NCBI GenBank assembly: GCA_963829055.1 | Contig: CAWHHI010000011.1 | Location: 128,001-192,000, forward strand | Length of the DNA: 64,000 nt | Source of the DNA: an uncultured Gemmatimonadaceae bacterium | GTDB taxonomy: Bacteria; Gemmatimonadota; Gemmatimonadetes; Gemmatimonadales; Gemmatimonadaceae | Reading direction: 5' to 3' | Shown: positions 52,147 to 61,445 of the stretch, piece by piece | Layout of the letters: each line of letters opens with the position of its first letter | Position numbering within the stretch: the stretch's first letter is position 1 | Position numbers and translations under genes: made by a program | The notes under the pieces: model-generated | Database searches by the model: none | Seen by the model: only the letters and a program-made list of their open reading frames with translations | What the model was told of the DNA's origin: nothing

Positions 52147-53095
52147 ATGCAGCCGATGGAACTGAACATCGAGTCCGTGTCCAAGACGTATTCCAACGGC
52201 GTGCAGGCGCTGAAGGACGTGACGCTCACCATTCCGGCGGGCATGTACGGCCTGCTCGGGCCTAACGGTGCCGGCAAGTCCACGCTGATGCGCATCCTGG
52301 CCACGCTGCAGGAGGCGGACAGCGGAAGCGTGACGTTAGGTGACCCTTCGCAAGGCTCGGGGCAGCGAATCGACGTGCTGCGCCAGAAGGACGAGGTGCG
52401 GCAGGACACTCGGCTACCTGCCGCAGGAGTTCGGCGTCTATCCGAAGGTGAGCGCCGAGGAGCTGCTCGATCACTTCGCGCTGCTCAAGGGCATCGCCGA
52501 GCGACGCGCGCGCAAGGAGGTCGTCGAGGCGCTGCTCCAGCAGGTGAACCTGTGGGAGGTCCGCAAGCAGAAGCTGGGCGGCTACTCGGGCGGCATGCGG
52601 CAGCGCTTCGGCGTCGCCGTCGCGTTGTTAGGCAACCCGAAGCTCATGATCGTGGACGAGCCCACGGCCGGACTCGATCCCGGCCGAGCGCGTGCGCTTC
52701 CTCAACCTGCTGAGCGAGCTGGGCGAGAACAGCGTCGTCCTCCTCTCCACGCACATTGTCGAGGACGTGAGTGAGCTGTGCACGCGCATGGCCATCATCG
52801 ACCGAGGGCGAGATCCTGCTCGAGGCCGAGCCGCTGCGCGCGGTCGCGGACCTGCGTGGGCGGATCTGGCGCCGCGTGATCTCGAAGGCCGGAGCTGCCG
52901 CAGCTGGAGCGGGAGCACGCGGTGATCTCGACCAAGCTGCTCGCCGGACGCACGGTCGTGCGCGTCTACAGCGACGCGGCGCCCGGCGCCGGCTTCGAGC
53001 CCGCGGAGCCGGACCTCGAGGATGTCTACTTCAGCACGATGGCGGGCCAGCATCGGCCGGCGCCGCGACGGCCGGAGCCGGCGGCGACGCGATGA
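52147..53095 (+). CDS. ABC transporter ATP-binding protein, copy 2 (frameshifted)
   Basis: GPNGAGKST, YSGGMRQR, VDEP, STH, PDLEDVYF. Confidence 0.88.
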
Positions 53096-56000
53096 AGCTC
53101 TGGGGGATTTTTCGCTTCGAGCTCGCTTACCAGCTACGCCGTCCCTGGCCCTGGCTCGCCATGGTCGTCCTGCGTCGTATTCGCGTTCTTCGTCGACGAG
53201 GGTAGCCATCGTCCCCGTCACGCTTCCCCAGGACTTCATTCTCAACTCGCCCTTCATCATCGCGGCCGTCTCTGTGTTCAGCTGCCAGATCTGGCTGCTG
53301 GTGGCGCTCGGCCGTGGCCGGTGAGGCGGCTGCGCGGGACGTGCACACCGGGATGCATCCGCTCATGTACACGAGCCCGTCAGCAAGGCCGAGTACCTGG
53401 GCGGGCGATTCCTCGCCGCCTTCGTGCTCAATGCGTTGATCCTGCTCGGCGTGCAGGTCGGCAGTCTTCTCGCCGTCTACGCGCCGGGCGTCGAATCCCG
53501 CGATCGTCGGTCCGTTCCGGCCGGCGGCGTATCTCGCGGCCTACGCGTTCATTGCGCTGCCTAACGCGCTCATCGCGACGACGGTCCAGTTCTCGGCGGC
53601 GCTGCTGAGCGGCCGGCCCATGGCGAGCTACGTCGGCAGCATGGGCCTCTTCTTCCTCTCGTATCCCGGTGACGTTCTTCCTGTACGTCTCGCGGATTGG
53701 GACAGCCGGAGCTCGCACTGCTGGCGGACCCGATCGGCGTCTTCGCCATCATGAACGAGATGATGTCGAAGTGGACGATCGTCGAGAAGAACGTTCGCAT
53801 GTTCACGCTGGAGGGGCCGATGCTCGTGGAATCGGCTGCTCTGGCTCGGCATCTCGCTCGCGACGCTCGCGTTCGTTTATCGGCGCTTTCGCTTTGCGCA
53901 CCGTACCGCTGTCGACCCGTCGACTGGCTTCGCTCGCGTCAGGGCAGCAGTCGCTGTGATCGCCGACGCCAGCGAGGGCCGACGCCGCGCGGATCGCCAC
54001 GTCGCCCGCGCGCATCGCGATCGCCGTCCCGCGACGGTGCGTCAGTCGTTCGGCTTCGCGACGCAGCTGCGCCAGACGCTCTCGATTGCCTCGTCGTCGT
54101 TCTGGATGATCGCGAAGAGCCTGGCCGGGCTCTTCCTGCTGGTGGTCTTCCCGATGTTCGTGGTGCTGGTGCTGATGATCGAGCTGCAGACACTGGGGCG
54201 TCCCACTGCTGCCGCGGACGTGGTTACCTCGTGTCCAAGTACCTGACGGCGACCGCTCACGCAGGCCGCTCGACTTCCGGGTCATCATCCCGCTCCTCAT
54301 CATCTTCTTCGCCGGCGAGCTGGTCTGGCGGGAACGCGATGCGCGGCTCAGCGAAAACGTCGACGCGACGCCGGTGCCGGAATGGGTGCTCTTCCTCGGC
54401 AAGTTCCTCGGACTCGGCCTGGTGCTCGCCGCGTTGATGGCGAGCCTGACTGCTCGTCGGAATGATCGCCCAGGTCGATCATGGGCTATCACGACTTCGC
54501 AGATCGGCCAGTACGTGCAGATCCTGTTCGGGCTTCAGCTCCCCGAGTATCTGCTCTTCGCCGCGCTCGCCTTCACCGTGCACGCGGTGGTGAACCAGAA
54601 GTATCTCGGCCATGCTGGTGGCACTCATCGCGTATTTCCTGATCATGTTTTCGCGCGCGTGCTCGGCATCGAGCACAACCTGCTCGTCTACGGGGCGAGT
54701 CCCGCGTGGTCCTTCACGGACATGCGCGGCTTCGGCGCGACGCTCGGTCCCTGGGCCTGGTTCAAGCTCTACTGGGCAGCGTGGGCGCTGCTGCTCGCGG
54801 TGGCGGCGCGGCTGCTCTGGGTGCGTGGGAAGGAGTCCGGTTTCGGAACGCGGCTGCGCATCGCGCGGCTTCGCTTCAACGCGATCGACGGCCGGAGTCG
54901 CCGCGATGGCGGTCGGGCTCATCCTCACCGCTCGGCGGCTTCATCTTCTACAACACGAATGTGCTCAACGAGTACATCACGAACGACGAGCTGGTGCGAA
55001 CGCCGCGCCGACTACGAGCGGCTGTACGGGAAGTACGAGGGCATTCCGCAGCCGTAGCGTATCGGCGACGAATCTGCGCATCGAGATCCATCCCGCGCGG
55101 AGAGCGGCGACGATCCACGGCAGCTACCGCCTCGTCAACCGCAGCGCGGTGCCGATCGACTCCGTTCATCTGGAGCCGGCTTTCTACGTCGACACGCGCG
55201 TGACGTTCGATCGCGCGTTCAGCCAGGTGGTCGCGGACGACGAAGCTCGGTCACGACATCTACGCGCTGAAGGAGCCGCTCCAGCCCGGCGATTCGCTGA
55301 CGCTCAACTTCGACGTGCAGTTCGAGCCACGTGGTTTCCGCAACGGTGGCCTCGCGCAACAGCGGAGCGGGCATGGCGATCGTCGAGAACGGCACCTACT
55401 TCACGAGCGGGGCACTGCCGGTCATCGGCTACCAGCCGCTTCGCGAGCTCTGGAGTGCAGACGATCGGCGCAAGCACGGCTTGCCGCGGCAGGTCACTCT
55501 CCCCGCGCCTGCCGACATCGATCCGAGCGTGGCCGCGGGCGCTGCCGCCACATTCGAAGCAATCGTCGGCACCGACGGCGATCAGGTAGCGGTTGCGCCG
55601 GGCGAGCTGCGTCGCACGTGGAGCGATGGCGGGCGCCGCTACTTCCAGTATGTCAGCGACGTTCCGATCAACGGCATGGACGTCTTCTTCTCCGCCGACT
55701 ACGCGGTGCATCGCGAACGATGGAACGAGCGAGTCGACGTCCAGGTCTTCCTTCACCCGGGACACACGAAGCACCTCGAGCGCCTGCTCCGCAGCGTACG
55801 AGCGTCTCTGGACTACTACTCGGCGCAGTTCGGTCCCTATCCGTATCGCTTCCTGCAGATCGTCGAGCAGCCCGGCAACTTCCTCGGCATGGGCGTCGAC
55901 GGAAGCGGCGTCGTCACTGGAGGCGAGGGCTTCTTCCTGCTGGATCCGCAGGGCGACGGGTTCGACGCGATCTTCGAGATCGTGGCGCACGAGATGGGGC

Positions 56001-56776
56001 ACCAGTGGTGGGGCATGCAGCTCAAGCCCGCATTTGCCGAGGGCGGCGGCGTCATCTCCGAGAGCCTCGCGTGGTACTCCGCGATGCAGCTCGTGAAGAA
56101 CGTGAAGGGCCGGGAAGCGCTGCGGCGGTTCATGAGCTTCATGCGCGAGCCGAACCCGTGGCCGCAGATCCGCACGGGACTTCCGCTGCTCCGCGCGATG
56201 GATCCCTGGGCCAACTACCGCAAAGGCCCATACGCGATGCACGCACTCAGCGAGTACGTGGGCGAGGCCCGGGTGAACGGGGCGCTTCGCACGCTGGTGG
56301 AGAAGAAGGCGTCGTCCCTGGCCACGACGCTCGACATGTACCGGGAGCTTCAGGCGGTCACGCCGGACTCGCTCAAACCGCTGCTGCACGACCTCTTCGA
56401 GGTGAACACGTTCTGGACGTTCGATACGAAGCAGGCCACGGCGGTGCAGACCGACAACAGGCACGTGGCAAGTGACGTTCGACGTCGAGGCGCGAAAGGT
56501 CGTCGTCGACAGCGCCGGCAAGGAAACGGAGGTGCCGATGAATGAATGGGTGGAGATTCGGGATCTTCGCCGACGCCGAGGCCGGGCGAGATCGCTCGGC
56601 ACAGCCGCTGTACGTGCAGAAGCATCGCGATCCGCTCCGGCAGGCAGACGATCACGGTGATCGTGCCTGACAAGCCCGCGCGCGGCGGCATCGACCCGTA
56701 CAACCTGCTGGACTGGGAGGAGGGCGACAACATCGAGGAGGTGACCGTCCAATCGCCGTCGAAAAAAACGAACTGA
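53092..56776 (+). CDS. ABC-2 permease fused to M1 aminopeptidase domain, copy 2 (many frameshifts)
   Basis: Colinear with copy 1 (WFKLYWAAWALLL, YGPYP-like); HEMGHQWW..ESLAWYS; GIDPYNLL terminus. Confidence 0.85.
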
Positions 56777-56784
56777 GTGGCCTC

Positions 56785-57037
56785 GGTATCCCGAGCGCCA
56801 GCGCTGTCATCCAGAGCACCAGCGAAGCACCAGCGAGGGATCTTCCATGATGTACTCATGGCCGGACTAGCGGCGATGAGATCAAAGAAGGTCTTGATAC
56901 ACGCAATCCGCTGAGCCAACGAGACAAAAGCAAACAACAGCTGAGACAGGATTGGCAGGATTGGCAGGATTAATGGGATGCCTCAGGGACGGTCGCGATC
57001 CGCCCACCGGCAATCCTGTCAATCCTGCAATCCTGTC
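56785..57037. repeat. Composite repeat: degenerate family B element plus family C element
   Basis: GTCATCCAGAGC..AGCGAGGGATCTTC..AAGAAGGTC, then CAGGATTGGCAGGATTGGCAGGAT...ATCCTGTCAATCCTGCAATCCTG. Confidence 0.75.
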
Positions 57038-57118
57038 CTTTTGTCGTTGCTGTTTGTACTCGTGCCTCGCCTGCCATACGGACTGGCGACACACGCGCGC
57101 GCATATCAGCTTGAGCGC

Positions 57119-59389
57119 ATGCGCCCTCTCATTTCTGCAGCCCTCGCCCTCGGCACGCTCGCCTTCGTTCCCACCGCACCGGAACCGACGCCACTCCGCG
57201 GCTTCACCGCGCAGTCATCGCGCGTAGAGCGCGAGTGGGAGACGAAATTCCGCGCAATCCCGGACCCGGTGAGACTGCGCGACATGATGCAACGCCTCTC
57301 CGCGCGGCCGCATCACGTGGGATCCCCGTACGACAAACAAAACGCCGAATGGATTCGCGACCAGTACGCGAGCTTTGGCTGGGACGCGAAAATCGAGACG
57401 TTCAATGTCCTGTTCCCCACCCCCACGCTGCGCGTGTTGGAGATGGTCGCGCCGACGACGTACAAGGCGGTGTTGCAGGAGCCGACCGTCACAGGCGATC
57501 CAACATCCTCCCAGCACGCGGAACAGCTCCCGACGTACAACGCGTATTCCGTTGACGGCGATGTCACCGGTCCACTGGTGTTCGTCAACTACGGCATACC
57601 CGCCGACTACGAGGAGCTCGAGCGGCGCGGCATCTCCGTGAAAGGCGCGATCGTGATCGCGAAGTACGGCGGCTCGTGGCGCGGCATCAAGCCCAAGGTC
57701 GCGGCGGAGCACGGCGCGATCGGCTGCCTCATCTACTCCGATCCGGCCGATGATGGCTACGCCGGCGGCGCCGTGTTCCCCGCGGGACCGATGCGCCCGC
57801 CGCAGGGCGTGCAGCGCGGCAGCGTCGCCGACATGCCGACGTACCCCGGCGACCCGCTCACACCCGGTGTGGGCGCGACGAAGGATGCCAAGCGACTGCC
57901 CATCGCCCAGGCGCCGACACTCACGAAGATTCCGGTGCTGCCCATCTCGTACGGCGACGCTCAGCCAATGCTCGCGGCACTGACGGGACCACTGGTGCCA
58001 GCGCAGTGGCGCGGCGGCCTTCCGATCACGTATCGCTTCGGCCCGGGCGCCGCGCGCGTGCACCTCAAGCTCAAGTTCGACTTCGGCCTCAAGACGCTGT
58101 ACGACGTCATCGCGCGACTGCCCGGCACCACCGAAGCCGACGAGTGGGTCATTCGCGGCAACCACCACGACGCGTGGGTGAACGGCGCCGAAGACCCGAT
58201 CTCGGGACAGGTGGCCGAGCTCGAGGAAGCCCGCGCGTTAGGTGAGCTGTACAAGCAGGGCTGGCGTCCGAAACGCACCATCATCTACGCCTCGTGGGAC
58301 GGCGAGGAGCCCGGGCTGCTCGGCTCCACTGAATGGGCGGAGGCGCACGCGGATTCGCTCGTCGCGCACGCGGTCGCGTACCTCAACAGCGATACCAACG
58401 GCCGCGGCTACCTGGGCGTCGAGGGATCGCACTCGCTCGAGTCGTTCATCAACGGCGTCGAGAAGGACATCGTCGATCCGGAGTCGAACGTCAGTTCGTG
58501 GAAGCGGAACCAGGCCGCGGCGGTGCTCCGGGGGAATGACGAGGCGCGCGCCGGCGACGATCTGCGGATCGGCGCGTTAGGCTCCGGTTCGGACTACACG
58601 CCGTTTCTGCAGCATCTCGGCATCGCGTCGATGAACCTCGGCTACGGTGGCGAGGACGACGGCGGCATCTACCACTCCATCTACGACGACTTCTACTGGT
58701 ACACGCACTTCAGCGACTCGACGTTCGTCTACGGCCGCGCGCTGGCGCAGGCCGTCGGGACGACGGTGATGCGACTCGCCGACGCCGACGTGCTGCCGTT
58801 CGTGTTCACCAACCTCGCGGCCACGACGCATCGCTACGTCGATGACCTCCAGCAGCTCCGCGATGCCCGGGCGAAGGCCATCACGGAGGAGCGACAGCGC
58901 GCGACCGACAGCGTGTACGCCATCGTGCGCGACCCTCGTGATCCCGTGGGGCCGCCGCGTCTGCACACGCCGCCGCCGCGCTTCGATTTTGCTCCGTTGC
59001 TCGACGCGCAGGACTCGCTCTCGGCGGCGGCGACACGCTTCGAGAAGGCGTATGCCGCCTGGCGCGACGGCGGAGACGCGGCACAGGGCGCGGCTCGGGC
59101 GGGTGACGGTGCGTCGGCAGACCTCTCGGCGGTGAACCATCGCCTGATGCGAGCGGAGCGTGTGCTCATGCTCCGCGAGGGCCTCAAGAACCGGCCGTGG
59201 TTCAGGCATTCGCTCTACGCACCGGGGTTCTACACTGGCTACGGCGTGAAGACGATGCCGGGGATTCGTGAGGCGATCGAGCAGGGAGAGTGGAGCGACG
59301 TGAACGGCGAGATCGGACGGGTCGCCGAAGCGCTTACCGCGGAAGCTGCGCTGTTGAAGGAGGCAGCGGCTTTGCTCCAGTCGCGATGA
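57119..59389 (+). CDS. M28 glutamate carboxypeptidase II-like peptidase with PA and transferrin-receptor dimerisation domains
   Basis: Signal peptide; VNYG, YSDPADD, GNHHDAW, GAEDP, WDGEE, GSDY, YHSIYD, RPWFRH. Confidence 0.93.
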   Translation: MRPLISAALALGTLAFVPTAPEPTPLRGFTAQSSRVEREWETKFRAIPDPVRLRDMMQRLSARPHHVGSPYDKQNAEWIRDQYASFGWDAKIETFNVLFPTPTLRVLEMVAPTTYKAVLQEPTVTGDPTSSQHAEQLPTYNAYSVDGDVTGPLVFVNYGIPADYEELERRGISVKGAIVIAKYGGSWRGIKPKVAAEHGAIGCLIYSDPADDGYAGGAVFPAGPMRPPQGVQRGSVADMPTYPGDPLTPGVGATKDAKRLPIAQAPTLTKIPVLPISYGDAQPMLAALTGPLVPAQWRGGLPITYRFGPGAARVHLKLKFDFGLKTLYDVIARLPGTTEADEWVIRGNHHDAWVNGAEDPISGQVAELEEARALGELYKQGWRPKRTIIYASWDGEEPGLLGSTEWAEAHADSLVAHAVAYLNSDTNGRGYLGVEGSHSLESFINGVEKDIVDPESNVSSWKRNQAAAVLRGNDEARAGDDLRIGALGSGSDYTPFLQHLGIASMNLGYGGEDDGGIYHSIYDDFYWYTHFSDSTFVYGRALAQAVGTTVMRLADADVLPFVFTNLAATTHRYVDDLQQLRDARAKAITEERQRATDSVYAIVRDPRDPVGPPRLHTPPPRFDFAPLLDAQDSLSAAATRFEKAYAAWRDGGDAAQGAARAGDGASADLSAVNHRLMRAERVLMLREGLKNRPWFRHSLYAPGFYTGYGVKTMPGIREAIEQGEWSDVNGEIGRVAEALTAEAALLKEAAALLQSR

Positions 59390-59437
59390 TGATCATCATT
59401 GCGACGCGGGCGATGGGATGCGCGTCGACAACCGACG

Positions 59438-59548
59438 TCATGTACGCGGCAGCACCTTGATGGCGCGTCGCTCGTCCATCGCACGGTATCCCTCAGCTAC
59501 CTGCTCGAGCGGCAGCGTTAGGTCGAACACCTTGCCCGGATCTATCAT
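59438..59548 (-). pseudogene. 3' remnant of a zinc-dependent alcohol dehydrogenase-family gene
   Basis: Translates as IDPGKVFDLTLPLEQVAEGYRAMDERRAIKVL, a characteristic C-terminus; no upstream part before the next gene. Confidence 0.75.
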
Positions 59549-59585
59549 CCCGTCGGGTCACCACACGACCGGACAGGAGGTTTCC

Positions 59586-60854
59586 ATGATTACCCGGATC
59601 GCTTCCGCCGTGGCCCTGTGCAGCGCCGTGGCGTTCGTCGCCCGAAAGCCGACGCCGAACCCGCCTCTCGTGGCGGAACAGCTGCTCGACAGTCTCGTCG
59701 CTGCGAACGCGCGACCGCTATCGATCGACCGCGGGCGGCTTCAGGGGGCCGGCGCGGAGTGGCTCCTCTCGCAGGCGGCTCACGCGCAGTTCCTGGCCAT
59801 CGGGGAGGAGCACAACGTCGTCGAGATTCCGGAGCTCGTCACCGCACTGCTGACTGACCTCGAACCGCGTGCGGGATACCGGTATGTCGCGTTGGAGCAG
59901 GACCCCGTCGCCATGCGAGCGGCATCCGTCCCGCCGATGCGCGGCCGCGCCGACTCGCTGGTCGCCTATGCCCGTCGATACCCACACGCGTTCACATTCG
60001 TGAGCGATCAGGAGTTGGCGATGGTCGCCGATGTCGGCCACGTCTCGAAGGGCGGCGGCAACCCTGTCTGGGGACTCGACCAGTCGTTCGGTGTCGACCC
60101 ACGCGCTCGACCGCCTGCGCGCCATCAGCCACGGCGCGACACCGCGCAGGCGACCGCCCTCCTGCGTGCCTACCGCGACACCGCGTCGGCGAAGGAGCAG
60201 GTGCGCGATCTCGAGAAGTACCACTACATGTCGGCCGCCAAATCGGAGGACTTCGCGCGACTCGGCGAGGCGTTCCGGGATCGTTCCGGGGAGCGAAGCC
60301 GCGTTCATCATCGAGAACCTCGTCGTGTCCGACCGCATATACCGCTACTATCGTGAGCGGCGCAGCTACGAGAACGGCTACGAGCGTGAGGAGTTCATGA
60401 AGCAACGCTTCATGGATGAATACCGTCGAGCCGAAACGGCAGACCGGACGGCCCCAAGGTGATCCTGAAGTTCGGCCATCGGCACCTCTACCGCGGCGTC
60501 GGACCGAGCCATCTCCAAACGTTAGGCAACTTCGTGTCGGAGCTCGCGCGGGTGAACGGCGGCCAGAGCTTTCACATGTCTCGGTACACGCGCACAACCC
60601 CGCTGACGGTTTTCGCTCGCTCGCCACGTGGCCGGATTCCTTTCCGGACCCGCTCATCGCCCGTCACCTGCCGACCGATGCGTGGACGATCGTCGACCTC
60701 CGTCCGCTCCGCGCGAACGATCGGCGAATCGCCGCCGCGCTACGGTCCGATCAGCGCGATCAGTTCGCGCGTTGTCTTCGGATTCGACGCGGCGCTGTAC
60801 GTTGGCGGCATGCGGCCGGCAACGTACGTACATAGTCCAGGGGTGGCGTACTGA
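59586..60854 (+). CDS. Secreted protein, erythromycin esterase/ChaN-like fold (frameshifted)
   Basis: AGGAGG RBS; signal peptide; FLAIGEEH, VALEQ, VWGLDQ, REEFMK, KFGHRH. Confidence 0.6.
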
Positions 60855-60900
60855 CGTTGCTACACTCTACTTCGTGCTTCTTCACCGACAACGGAGCTCC

Positions 60901-61290
60901 ATGACCCATTCTCCCGTCATTGCGGCTGATCTCCCATTGCCCGTCGGCCCGTACTCGCCAGGCATGCAGTTCGCAGCGACTCATCTTCGTGTCGGGCCAG
61001 GGCGCGACCGATCCGGCGACGGGTCGGCTCGCGGGTTCCGACGCGGCCACACGAACACCGCGCAGTGTCTCCGGAACGTACAGACGATCCTGCGTGCCGC
61101 GGGCTCCGATCTGCAGTACGTGCTCCGCTGCGGCGTCTTTCTCGTGGACATGGCCGAGTTCCCGGAGATGAACGGGGTCTACGCGCGCACGTTCGGCGAT
61201 CATCGCCCGGCCCGCACCACCGTCGAAGTCTCGAAGCTTCCGAGCGAAGGATTGCGCGTGGAGATCGACTGCATCGCGTACCGGCCGTAG
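60901..61290 (+). CDS. RidA/YjgF-family enamine deaminase (compensating frameshifts)
   Basis: PVGPYS, IFVSGQ, VFLVDMAEFPEMNGVY, PARTTV, VEIDCIA. Confidence 0.88.
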   Translation: MTHSPVIAADLPLPVGPYSPGMQFAATHLRVGPGRDRSGDGSARGFRRGHTNTAQCLRNVQTILRAAGSDLQYVLRCGVFLVDMAEFPEMNGVYARTFGDHRPARTTVEVSKLPSEGLRVEIDCIAYRP

Positions 61291-61445
61291 CGCGATGCAC
61301 ATCGTGAGTCAGGGAGGTGGGAGACCGTCACCTCAGATCGAAACACTCTGCTTCTTGGAATTGGTGGCGGGACAGTAGCAGAGCCGAGCGTGCCGCGATG
61401 CCTTCACGGTAGTGCTCACCGTGCCAGGGCGCGTCGTTAGGCGAT

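Noticed and set aside
7944..56752. Long antisense or alternative-frame ORFs (e.g. 7944-9434, 14746-16011, 19882-21390, 31513-32784, 55304-56752)
   Set aside because: Shadow ORFs of GC-rich genes: Arg/Ala-rich with no recognisable motifs
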